A stretch of DNA of 64,000 nucleotides, from NCBI GenBank assembly GCA_963702095.1, contig OY969706.1, positions 288,001-352,000 on the forward strand, in the 5' to 3' direction. Source of the stretch: Candidatus Bathyarchaeota archaeon (GTDB lineage Archaea; Thermoproteota; Bathyarchaeia; Bathyarchaeales; Bathycorpusculaceae). Made by a program: the position numbers and the translations under genes. The notes below the pieces were generated by a model. The model ran no database searches. It was given only the letters and a program-made list of their open reading frames with translations, and was not told the DNA's origin. Shown piece by piece: positions 1 through 8,924 of this stretch. Every line of letters starts with the position of its first letter. The stretch's first letter is position 1.

Positions 1-658
1 AGAATAGCAGACTGCGGTTTTCTCCCATTACAGCGATTACAAGAATAAAGAAGGAGATGTGGATGAGTATGTTCCGTGTTTTGGCAGAGGTTAAGAAACG
101 TTTCACTAATCTTGAAAGGATTAGGGGCAGAACTATTTGGAGACTCAGATAGTACAGCAAAGTAAACACGTTTACCGCCTTGCCCAAGAATACAAAAGTT
201 ATAACCGGTGTAACCACCAAGGAGACAAGGTAGATTACAATCGATGAGACAGCGGACGACTCAGTGTCCCCACCCCATAAACACGTAAAAGATATCACTG
301 ACACAGCAGATGGCACGGCAGCTAATAGAATCCAGCCTGCCCTTAGGTCCCCGCTAAACAAATATGCTATGACTAAAGTGACGGCGGTTAAGAGGACAAA
401 GGACAGGACGAAGGCGTTTCTAACTTCTTTTATGTGGGGTCTAAGCTTGAGGTTTTTGAGTTGTATTGAGGAAAGCGCAAGGGTCATCATCAGTATGAGC
501 GATACCATGGCTATGTCGCCGTTCGATACCGGGAAACCAACTGGGAATCCGCCTATGCCCAGAACCAGAACAAGGGCTGTTAGCATCATAAGCGAACTGC
601 TACTTAGAAATCTAATTATAACACTTGAAAGTTGGTTAAGGAAGCTGCTGGGGGTCAT
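1..658 (-). CDS. Bile acid:Na+ symporter (BASS)-family membrane transporter, 3' end beyond window
   Basis: Open minus-strand frame from ATG 658 to the window edge (MTPSSFLNQ...AGWILLAAVPSAVSVISFTCLWGGD...), multiple TM segments and a BASS-like P-x-A...GGD motif; absent from the ORF track because it has no stop in the window. Confidence 0.65.
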   Translation of the reverse strand, partial: MTPSSFLNQLSSVIIRFLSSSSLMMLTALVLVLGIGGFPVGFPVSNGDIAMVSLILMMTLALSSIQLKNLKLRPHIKEVRNAFVLSFVLLTAVTLVIAYLFSGDLRAGWILLAAVPSAVSVISFTCLWGGDTESSAVSSIVIYLVSLVVTPVITFVFLGKAVNVFTLLYYLSLQIVLPLILSRLVKRFLTSAKTRNILIHISFFILVIAVMGENRSLLF

Positions 659-751
659 CGAGTCGATGTCATGCAGCGGTTTATTATTATTTTTGGTCAC
701 TTCAAAGAAAACAGTGATAACATAAAGCGCGCATGACCCTTCAGTTTGCAA

Positions 752-884
752 CTTGTGGTTTGCTCCACAACCAGCCCGCAACACAGACTAGACGCTGATG
801 CAAAAAAGCACTGCACAGCCAAGCCCACTGGAAGAAGATGAGTAAGGGCGAAACTCTCATCTTCTAATACTAGAAAAACAAAAC
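752..884 (+). repeat. Dispersed intergenic element family A, copy 1
   Basis: cttgtggtttgctccacaaccagcc ... gaagaagatgagtaagggcgaaactctcatcttc ... tagaaaaacaaaa; homologous to copies at 10.2, 33.4, 52.1 and 60.8 kb. Confidence 0.9.
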
Positions 885-931
885 TACAGCATACAACAAA
901 TGAGGAAGGGCCGGCTGAGAGGCCGTTGGTT

Positions 932-2155
932 TTAGGCTTTCCACTGTTTTAATGCCAGCGCCAACTCACGGTGGTTTTTAGCGTAGTCCGCCAGCGTCCG
1001 CAACTCCAAAGTGGCGTCCACCGCTTGCCGCATAGCCCTTGCGCCTGCCAAGGTGCCCTCAGGGTGCCCATGGATGCCGCCGCCCGCCTGCAAAATTACA
1101 TCGTTGCCGAAGGTTTCCATCAGTTTCGGCACAAGCCGCGGGTGCAATCCGCCGCTGGCAACAGGCAACACAGGTTTGACTCCGCCCAGTTTGCCCTTGC
1201 AAGCCTCAATGTTCTCCAAAACTTCCGCTTTAGTCTCAGACATTTTGCCCACGACCGTGCCCACGTGCAGTTGGTCCACGCCGATGATGCGTGCTACGGT
1301 GGCGATGGGTTTCATGGCGATTCCATGCAGTGGGTTCTTGGTGAAAGCCGCATGTCCCGCGCGGTGTGCGTGGATGACAAGTTTTTGGTTTTGGTCACGC
1401 AGAGTCTGCAAACCGGACCATCCGACCGTGAGGATATCAACCATAACGTATTCACCGCCTTGAGCCGCAACCGTTTTGGCACGTTTGAGCATGGTTTTTG
1501 TTTCGGCGGTGACGTTTATCACGTAGACTTTGCGTTCGCCGGTTTGGGATTGGGCTTTGTCGCGTGCCTCCAAGGTTTTGGTGAGGCGTTCGTCAAAGGG
1601 GTTGAATTTTTGGCTGCTGAGGTTTTCGTCGTCTTTAACTGCGTCGCATCCGCCCACCCAAGCATCATAAGCCACTTTGGCGTGATCCTCAGTTTTCAAG
1701 CCAAGTTTCGGCTTAATGATGGTGCCGACAAGCGGGCGTTTTGGAACTTTGAGGAGTTTACGGATGCCGTCAATGCCAAATTGTGGTCCTTTGAAGGTGC
1801 TGGCTAAGGGTTTGGGAAATTCGATGTCTAGGAGACGCAGGTTTTTGAGCGCTTTTAACCCGAACACGTTGCCTGCGACGCTTGAGAGGATGTTGGGCAT
1901 GTTGCCGCGTTCAAAAAGCTCGACGGGATACGCAATTTTGATTGTGTTGCCCTCTATTTTGTAGACGTGGGCTGCCAGCTTTTTCACGTAGGGTTTTTCG
2001 GTGGTAAGTTCAGTCCATGTGCCGACGCTGCTTTCAGCGGCGACTCCGCCAGCCGCTTCCTCCAAACTGATGTCTTCGGGCTCCACGGTGAACGTGCAGA
2101 TTAAGTCGGTTGCTTTAGGTTTGTACTTTAAGTCGACAAAGTCAAGGTACTTCAA
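932..2155 (-). CDS. rbcL: Ribulose-1,5-bisphosphate carboxylase, form III
   Basis: AAESSVGTW, GTIIKPKLGL, KDDE carbamylation motif, HRAGHA, loop-6 VGKM, SGGLH, QAGGG; divergent from AMP phosphorylase. Confidence 0.95.
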   Translation of the reverse strand: MKYLDFVDLKYKPKATDLICTFTVEPEDISLEEAAGGVAAESSVGTWTELTTEKPYVKKLAAHVYKIEGNTIKIAYPVELFERGNMPNILSSVAGNVFGLKALKNLRLLDIEFPKPLASTFKGPQFGIDGIRKLLKVPKRPLVGTIIKPKLGLKTEDHAKVAYDAWVGGCDAVKDDENLSSQKFNPFDERLTKTLEARDKAQSQTGERKVYVINVTAETKTMLKRAKTVAAQGGEYVMVDILTVGWSGLQTLRDQNQKLVIHAHRAGHAAFTKNPLHGIAMKPIATVARIIGVDQLHVGTVVGKMSETKAEVLENIEACKGKLGGVKPVLPVASGGLHPRLVPKLMETFGNDVILQAGGGIHGHPEGTLAGARAMRQAVDATLELRTLADYAKNHRELALALKQWKA

Positions 2156-2245
2156 ATACTGTTCCTCATAGAGTAAAATTAGCTATTGTTCCATTAAAAT
2201 CTTTAACTATACCGCCTACCAATCAGTAACTAACGTGGGTGCCAA

Positions 2246-3793
2246 ATGGAGCTAATCGTGGAACTTCTCAACATCACAACAGGCGGAAACAGAGTCGCAG
2301 TCATCGGACAAAAAACCGCAAACCTCCTAGGAGTGCACAGCTCTGACAGAATAAAAATAACTTATTGCGCAAAGGAAATGATTGCTATCTCCAACATCGC
2401 CGAAAACTTCCCAGAAAACCGAATCGGCCTCTTTGAGGAAACCGAAGGTGCCCTCCCAGGCGTCAAAGACGATGAATCGGTTGAAGTGCAGTTGGCGCCT
2501 CTGCCTGAATCCCTCTTTAACATCCGCGCTAAACTCCACGGCGAACGCCTACGCGAAAAAGACATTTTTGCAATTGTCAAAGACGTGGTCGAGCGGCATT
2601 TGAGCACGGTGGAAATTGCGGGGTTTCTCACCGCTTTGAGTATCCATGGCTTGAGCACCGCTGAAACCGAGGCTCTCTCACGCGCCATGATTGTGACTGG
2701 TAAAACGCTGGATTTTGGTGCAGGACCGATTCTAGATAAGCACAGTGTCGGAGGCATCCCGGGCGACAAAACAAGCATGCTCGTCGTGCCCATAGTTGCC
2801 GCGGCAGGCTTCACAATTCCCAAAACCTCTTCTCGAGCCATCACTTCACCCGCGGGAACAGCGGACCGAGTGGAAACCCTCTGCCCAGTCACCTTAGCCA
2901 CAGACGAAATCAAAGACGTCGTCAAAAAAACAGGCGGCTGCCTAGTCTGGGGCGGCTCACTGGAGTTGGCACCGGCTGATGACCTCTTCATCCAAGTCGA
3001 ATACCCCTTGGGCATAGACCCCATGTTGTTGCCCTCCATATTAAGCAAGAAGAAAGCCGTCGGCGCTACACACGTCGCTATCGATATCCCAACAGGCATG
3101 GGCGCCAAAATCAAAACCCGCCAAGAAGCCTACACACTCGCCTCGGACTTTGTGGATTTGGGGAAGCGGCTGGGCTTAAACATCCAATGTGCTCTCACAT
3201 TCGGCGATCAACCATTGGGCTGCGGTATGGGGCCCGCTTTGGAAGCCCGAGAAGCCCTAAACACGCTTATGGGCGAAGGACCGCCTGACCTCCGCGAGAA
3301 AGCAGTATCCCTAGCCAGCATGCTCTTCGATATGGTCGGCGTAGAAAACCCTCGGGTTATGGCGGAAGACATTATTGATTCGGGCAAGGCTGAGAGGAAA
3401 CTGAGAGAAATTATTGCTGCTCAAGGCGGCAACCCAGCGGTTAAGCCTTCGGATCTGCAGGTTGGGCCAGAATGGGCGGCAGTTCGGTCCAAGGAGGCGG
3501 GAAAAGTTCTTTGGATGAGCACCGACGACCTTGTGCGGATTGCCCGCATGGCTGGGGCGCCCAAAGAGAAGGGTGCAGGTGTGCTGTTGCATGCTAAACT
3601 GGGTGACACAGTGCGTAAAGACGGCGTGTTGTTTGAGATTTATGCGGAGCGAAGCAGCAAGTTGACTGCGGCGCTGGAACTGGCGGAAAAGTTGTCGCCT
3701 GTTGTTCTTAGCCGGAAACCGGAAGAGATAATGGTCTTAGACATTATCCCCGAGAAAACCACTCATGAAAAGAGCTTCATGCTCGATAGATAA
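2246..3793 (+). CDS. deoA: AMP phosphorylase (thymidine phosphorylase family)
   Basis: DKHSVGGIPGDKTS and KTSSRAITSPAGTAD motifs, N-terminal AMPpase extension, adjacent to form III RuBisCO. Confidence 0.93.
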   Translation: MELIVELLNITTGGNRVAVIGQKTANLLGVHSSDRIKITYCAKEMIAISNIAENFPENRIGLFEETEGALPGVKDDESVEVQLAPLPESLFNIRAKLHGERLREKDIFAIVKDVVERHLSTVEIAGFLTALSIHGLSTAETEALSRAMIVTGKTLDFGAGPILDKHSVGGIPGDKTSMLVVPIVAAAGFTIPKTSSRAITSPAGTADRVETLCPVTLATDEIKDVVKKTGGCLVWGGSLELAPADDLFIQVEYPLGIDPMLLPSILSKKKAVGATHVAIDIPTGMGAKIKTRQEAYTLASDFVDLGKRLGLNIQCALTFGDQPLGCGMGPALEAREALNTLMGEGPPDLREKAVSLASMLFDMVGVENPRVMAEDIIDSGKAERKLREIIAAQGGNPAVKPSDLQVGPEWAAVRSKEAGKVLWMSTDDLVRIARMAGAPKEKGAGVLLHAKLGDTVRKDGVLFEIYAERSSKLTAALELAEKLSPVVLSRKPEEIMVLDIIPEKTTHEKSFMLDR

Positions 3794-3798
3794 CGCGC

Positions 3799-4176
3799 TT
3801 AGATACGGGCTATTAAGCCGCCTATGAAGCCGCCGAGTGCAGCAGCCACAGTTGCAGCTACACCTATGATTAGCACGATTATGCCTGATGCCAACCCGGC
3901 TAATCCGCCGAAGAGGACGCCGAGGAATCCGTGGGTTAAGCCGCCGTAGAAAACAAAGCCCAGAAACGATAGGATGGCTAAGCCGATGGAGCCCAAGATG
4001 CCTGCTATTACGCCGGCTATGGTTCCCCCGATTGCGCCACGTGCGATGAGCCCTGAGACGAAACCGCCGATTAAGGCACCTGCTAAGTGCCCGATGCCTG
4101 GGAAAATTACGCCCAAGACCACGATCAAGAGCAAGCCGACGAGTGCGCCTAACCCAACACTGCCCAAGGTTTTCAC
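3799..4176 (-). CDS. Small Gly-rich membrane protein (DUF5518-like)
   Basis: 125 aa, hydrophobic GxxxG-rich helices. Confidence 0.7.
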   Translation of the reverse strand: MKTLGSVGLGALVGLLLIVVLGVIFPGIGHLAGALIGGFVSGLIARGAIGGTIAGVIAGILGSIGLAILSFLGFVFYGGLTHGFLGVLFGGLAGLASGIIVLIIGVAATVAAALGGFIGGLIARI

Positions 4177-4229
4177 TTCAGTTAGTTGTGGTTAAAGGGA
4201 GAAAATAAAATAAAAAGATTGTTGCACCT

Positions 4230-4946
4230 TTAGCGTGCTCTGGTGTTGCGAACTTTGGGTTCAAGCAGTGTCCAGAGCCATTCAGTGAACTCTTGGAGGT
4301 TCTTGGTTTGGATATGCACTTCGCCGGGACCTGTGATTTGGGTAACTAAGCCTTCGCCGCTTAGTAGGGTTTCTTTTAAGCCGCCGAACCGCGTGACCTT
4401 GTAACTGCAGGATTCGCTAAAACCCACCAAATGGAAGTTGTCCACAATTAGAGTCTGTCCAGGCTGAAGGACATGGGTGTCGATGGCGCCAAACGTGTTG
4501 ATGAACATTTGTCCGCTGCCAGTAGCCTTGAGCATGAATAAGCCCTGTCCGAAGAGGCCTTTGGTGAACCCCTCCCACTTCACGTCCAAATCGATACCCG
4601 CTGTGGAGGCGATGTAGGCGGATTTTTGGATGACATATCCAGTGCCGGGGGCTATGTCGAGTTGTTTGATGTCGCCGACTGGTGCAGCGACAAAGCCAGC
4701 TTCGCCCTGCCCACTAACTGCTGTGTAATCGTTTACCCAGAATGATTGTCCGCCTATTAGGCTTAGTCCCAAGCTGCCTAAGAGGCTTTTTTCTCTTTTG
4801 CGGGTATGCACTTCGATGTTGGGTGTTAGGTAGGTCATGGCGCCTGCTTCTGCCGTGATGGTTTCACCCTGATCCAAGGTGGTGACTACCATGGCGTATG
4901 AGGGTTTGTATTTTATTTCGAATTTCAAGGGTTCTCTCTCCTGCAT
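4230..4946 (-). CDS. AIM24 / TIGR00266 family protein
   Basis: AEAGAM, GGQSFWVN, VDNFHLV, SGEGLV..TGPG.VHIQT motifs. Confidence 0.9.
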   Translation of the reverse strand: MQEREPLKFEIKYKPSYAMVVTTLDQGETITAEAGAMTYLTPNIEVHTRKREKSLLGSLGLSLIGGQSFWVNDYTAVSGQGEAGFVAAPVGDIKQLDIAPGTGYVIQKSAYIASTAGIDLDVKWEGFTKGLFGQGLFMLKATGSGQMFINTFGAIDTHVLQPGQTLIVDNFHLVGFSESCSYKVTRFGGLKETLLSGEGLVTQITGPGEVHIQTKNLQEFTEWLWTLLEPKVRNTRAR

Positions 4947-5162
4947 TGAGCTAAACTGTGTTTTGCTTAATAAATTGGGAGTTTAAAGGAGACTTTTCGA
5001 TTCATAGGTGATTGCGGTTGTTACCTGTTTTACTTAGGGTTAAGAGGAACTGGTGGGTTGGCGGAGAGTTTTTCCCCTGAATATGCGCTACTTATAATAG
5101 ACGCCGTAGCAAACCCTCTAAATAGAAGCCTACATTAGGGCAGAAACAGGGTAAGTTAGTAA

Positions 5163-5867
5163 ATGGCCGGCGCCGTTGGTACAGTCTTAAAGAAAACTTT
5201 TAGCATCGCCTTAATTTTCAATTCGCTTATCAGCATAGCAACCGTAGCCGGCATCATCTACGGCTACTACAACGCTTACCCAAACTGGCAGCCCTACTCA
5301 CCCTTCCTATTAAACGGAAACCTGTTCTGGCTTGCCCTTGCCGCCGCAGTAATCAACATTTTCCCCAGCGCCGCCATCGGACGAGCCCTACACACAGGCC
5401 GATTCCTCTTCCACCACTATGTCTACGGCTTCTTTGTTATTGCTTCTTCCTCTGCGTTTGTCATGGTTTTTACTCCCATCCCCCTGCTAAACCTCTTCTT
5501 TGTCGACAACAACACTGTAGCCGTTAATGCTGGTCGCGTGTTCTTGCTGGCGGGATTAGCAATGTTTCTTGATGACTTACCCGATGTTTCGAAGCATGTG
5601 GAGTCCAGTTTGAACTGGATAAAAACCAGAGCCTGCCAAATGAGAATGACCCTGCACATATCGCAATTAATAACTGGAATCTTTGCCCTCTACTGCAGCC
5701 TCTCAATCCTCTTCGCAACCCTTCATGAGAGCACACGGGCACTGCCCAACTCCTTTGTCATCGTCAGCCTATTCATAACAAGCATAACATCGTTTTCCCT
5801 TGTAAAACACAAAGCATGGCTAAACATCACGCCGCCCACGCCAAATCCATCTAAGCTTTTTGTTTAG
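5163..5867 (+). CDS. Hypothetical multi-pass membrane protein
   Basis: 234 aa ORF with about 6 TM segments, FHHY and LDDLPD motifs. Confidence 0.75.
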   Translation: MAGAVGTVLKKTFSIALIFNSLISIATVAGIIYGYYNAYPNWQPYSPFLLNGNLFWLALAAAVINIFPSAAIGRALHTGRFLFHHYVYGFFVIASSSAFVMVFTPIPLLNLFFVDNNTVAVNAGRVFLLAGLAMFLDDLPDVSKHVESSLNWIKTRACQMRMTLHISQLITGIFALYCSLSILFATLHESTRALPNSFVIVSLFITSITSFSLVKHKAWLNITPPTPNPSKLFV

Positions 5868-6567
5868 CAATCTCTTTTCCGATGACTTCTAACTGCTCAC
5901 GCGTAAACCTTCGTGTGCCTCCACGAGTTGTGATGTAGTTTGTTAATTGGGGCAATTGAAGGATAGGTACAGAGGGATTGTTGAGGCGGAGGCTAGCCTG
6001 CCTGTTAGTTAAAACCACAGCACCTTCAACCCAGACGTTGAAGCCACGCAGGTTAGGCGATTGGTCGATTATGTGTTTTATTCTAGCAGCATTGCGTTTA
6101 ACTTGGCGGCTTGGGCTTGACGAAAAATTGCGTTTCCCTGGTCGATGCCACTCGTCGCCGTTGCAGGATACGTTGCCGCTCCAGTTCTTGGTTTCCAGCA
6201 CAAAGATGCCGGCGGGCGCTAAAACTATGTGGTCAATGTCTCCTCCGCCTCCGTGTAGGTAGAGGTCGTTTATGAGGTAGTAGTCGTCGCTTAAGCTGCT
6301 GCTGAGTTGCTTGGCAACTTGTTTTTCGCCTTGCCAGCCGCCATTGTAGAGGTGGTATTTACGCAGGTAATAGTAGGCGGCGACGGTGGGCACAAGCAGA
6401 AAAGCCAACCCAGCCAGTGCAAATGTGTCTATTTGCAGAAGATAGATCGACCGGAACATAACAGAGAACAGTAAAAGCCCAAAAATCAAAACACATAATG
6501 CCGCTTTAGCCAAACTTGTCTGAGTCTTATTTTTTAAGTAACTGCTTGAGGCTTTAATCTTCCGCAT
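5851..6567 (-). CDS. Membrane-anchored NERD (nuclease-related domain) protein
   Basis: Two N-terminal TM helices then GEKQV...ND...DIDHIVLAPAGIFVLETKNW; start re-assigned to ATG 6567. Confidence 0.85.
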   Translation of the reverse strand: MRKIKASSSYLKNKTQTSLAKAALCVLIFGLLLFSVMFRSIYLLQIDTFALAGLAFLLVPTVAAYYYLRKYHLYNGGWQGEKQVAKQLSSSLSDDYYLINDLYLHGGGGDIDHIVLAPAGIFVLETKNWSGNVSCNGDEWHRPGKRNFSSSPSRQVKRNAARIKHIIDQSPNLRGFNVWVEGAVVLTNRQASLRLNNPSVPILQLPQLTNYITTRGGTRRFTREQLEVIGKEIAKQKA

Positions 6568-6718
6568 ACACCTTAGCATTTGCTTTGATGATATATTACC
6601 GTATGGTACCGCCTCTGGAAACATTTTTGCGGGTGTTCTTTTTGCGGAACCATTCTGTTCTTTAGGGAGAGCTATAACTCTCCACTGCATCCTATGTAAA
6701 ATACACACGGTGAGCTAC

Positions 6719-7657
6719 ATGGCACAAAAATCTCTTTCACCCAGAATCTTGGCGTTTTGCCTCATAACAGTTACCCTGTTAAGCCCAATTCTCCTTGCAA
6801 CCGTAGGCGCCCAGAGCGGCGGAGTCGTAGTCGGCGAGTGGCCACTTGACCAAATAAAACCCAGCGACTCCACCACAACAACCCCCGACACCACAGGCGT
6901 TAATAGCGGCGTCTTAGCAGGCGACCATGAACCTACGCTGGTAAATGGCAAATTCGACAAGGCCCTAAAGTTCGACGGCGAAAACACCGTTTATGTACCA
7001 GTCAAATTCGTTGTGGGTTTCCCACCGATGTCTCAGCCCATGTATGTGCCGATCTCACCTGGCCTTGACATCCAAAAATACGAGCAAATCGACGCTTGGA
7101 TCTATGTTCCCGACCTCAAAAACGTCACCTACAACAACATAGTCGTCAAATGCACCCACCCAGACCAAGCCTGCGCATGGCAAAACACCATCCGCATTTT
7201 GGGTTTAGCCATACGGGCAGGCACACCTGACAGCGGCGAAGACTACGTTCAAGGGGCACTTAGCGGCTTTGTGATGACTGACAGCGGCGGCTTCAACGAA
7301 ATAGTAACCACTGAACCAGTGCCTTTTAACCAGTGGGTCGAAGTTGAGTTTGTCCGTGACGCCTCTGGCATGCACCTCTACCTCAACGGTAACGAACAAA
7401 CCACAACGGTTCTCCACGGCGTAGAAAACCCCTCAGGCAACATAGTTAACGGTACTGAATACTACTTTGGACACGACAGCTACACAACCATCGACAACAT
7501 AAAAATCACCGACCTCTCACCTTCCAGCGTCGCTGAAAACGCCTTTGATATCGGACCCAACATCATGATCGCCATCATCGCGGTCGCCCTCATCTTCGCA
7601 GTCGCGTGGCTACTGCGCCGAGCTATCCAACTCTGGATTATCCGCCCCAAAATTTAG
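6719..7657 (+). CDS. Secreted LamG/concanavalin A-like domain protein with C-terminal membrane anchor
   Basis: Signal peptide, W.LD...GKFDKALKFDG, QWV.V....LYLNG, IDNIKI, C-terminal TM. Confidence 0.75.
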   Translation: MAQKSLSPRILAFCLITVTLLSPILLATVGAQSGGVVVGEWPLDQIKPSDSTTTTPDTTGVNSGVLAGDHEPTLVNGKFDKALKFDGENTVYVPVKFVVGFPPMSQPMYVPISPGLDIQKYEQIDAWIYVPDLKNVTYNNIVVKCTHPDQACAWQNTIRILGLAIRAGTPDSGEDYVQGALSGFVMTDSGGFNEIVTTEPVPFNQWVEVEFVRDASGMHLYLNGNEQTTTVLHGVENPSGNIVNGTEYYFGHDSYTTIDNIKITDLSPSSVAENAFDIGPNIMIAIIAVALIFAVAWLLRRAIQLWIIRPKI

Positions 7658-7670
7658 GGGAGCATTAAAG

Positions 7671-8843
7671 ATGGGTACAACCTTAAAACTGCTCGAGTTG
7701 ATGCTTCGACAGAAACTTTTAGGGCAGGGACTAAAAGGCGAACCCAACACCCCCCTCATTGTATCCTACGCGGTGACACGCGCCTGTAACCTGAGTTGTC
7801 TCCACTGCCACGTTTCCGCACGCGAAGCCATGCCCAATGAGCTCAACCTCAAAGAAGCTATGGCGGCGATTGAGGAAATGCACAGTTTGGGCACGGAAGC
7901 GGTGATTTTCAGCGGCGGCGAACCCCTCTTGCGCAAAGACTTCGTGTTGCAGCTAATTGAGTACTGTGATGACTTAGGCATCATCACCGCCATGCTCTCC
8001 AACGGTTTACTTATGACCCCCCATACGGCTCTGCAACTTCAGGAGGCAGGACTAAAAGCCGTCGGCCTGCCGATTGATTCGGTAGTCCCCGAAAGACATG
8101 ATCACCTCCGTAACCTGCCGGGCACATTCAACCGGACAGTGCATGCAATAAAAACTTGCCTTGAACTCGACTTAGAAGTTGTTGTGACCACGATGGCGCT
8201 CAAGGACACCTACACCGAGATGCCACAGCGCCTTCAATTTCTCAACGACTTAGGCGTGGATGAAGTGGCAGTCTACGATTTGGTTCCCGTTGGAAGAGGC
8301 AAAGATGTCATGGACAACGCGATGACTATGGATCAGCGGGTCAACTTGATTCGGTGGCTGCAAAGCAAACAAGAAGATACCGAAATGACTTTTACCATGT
8401 CAGGCGGCTTGCCACTCTACCCCGAAATCGCAGAGGAAATGCACCACAGCCACGGAACCAAAGCCAAAGGCCTCCTCATCAAAGAATTCTACATACACCA
8501 AGGCATCGGTTGCCACGCAGGCAACATGTACTTCAGCCTCCGACCCAACGGAGACATCTACCCCTGCACTTTCCTCCCCATAAAAGTCGGCAACATACGC
8601 GAACAGAGCTTAACCGAGATTTGGCGTAACTCCAAGGTACTCAATACCCTGCGGCAACGGCAAACACTCAAGGGTAAATGCGGCGGCTGCGAGTACCGCG
8701 AAGGCTGTGGCGGATGCCGGGGAAGGGCTTATGCGTGTACAGGCGACTATTTGGAGTCTGACCCAGTGTGCCTGAAGGATTTGATGCTCCAAGAAGGCGT
8801 TTCACCAGCGGACATCAAACGGTTCGGCTGGTGCGTAGGATAA
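7671..8843 (+). CDS. Radical SAM protein with SPASM domain (NirJ/AhbC-D-like)
   Basis: CNLSCLHC motif, SGGEPLLR, C-terminal C..G...G.IYPC and CGGCEYREGCGGCRGRA...DPVC. Confidence 0.9.
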   Translation: MGTTLKLLELMLRQKLLGQGLKGEPNTPLIVSYAVTRACNLSCLHCHVSAREAMPNELNLKEAMAAIEEMHSLGTEAVIFSGGEPLLRKDFVLQLIEYCDDLGIITAMLSNGLLMTPHTALQLQEAGLKAVGLPIDSVVPERHDHLRNLPGTFNRTVHAIKTCLELDLEVVVTTMALKDTYTEMPQRLQFLNDLGVDEVAVYDLVPVGRGKDVMDNAMTMDQRVNLIRWLQSKQEDTEMTFTMSGGLPLYPEIAEEMHHSHGTKAKGLLIKEFYIHQGIGCHAGNMYFSLRPNGDIYPCTFLPIKVGNIREQSLTEIWRNSKVLNTLRQRQTLKGKCGGCEYREGCGGCRGRAYACTGDYLESDPVCLKDLMLQEGVSPADIKRFGWCVG

Positions 8844-8924
8844 CTCAATTCAGGCCGCTCATTTTCTGAATATTTTAAATACGTCTTCTTCGAATGAAGA
8901 GCATGCAAAAGGGGAAAAGACCGC

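Noticed and set aside
753-773. WLWSK / WLWNK in the family A peptides resembles the darobactin core (WNWSKSF), with a radical SAM gene in the window
   Set aside because: The motif coincides with the DNA hairpin, is lost in copies 3 and 4 and broken in copy 2, and the radical SAM protein looks NirJ/Ahb-like; most likely coincidence.
264-1964. Plus-strand ORFs 264-725, 971-1807, 1011-1463 and similar antisense ORFs throughout the track (e.g. 48550-49236, 42820-43338)
   Set aside because: They are shadows of well-supported genes on the opposite strand and carry no family motifs.
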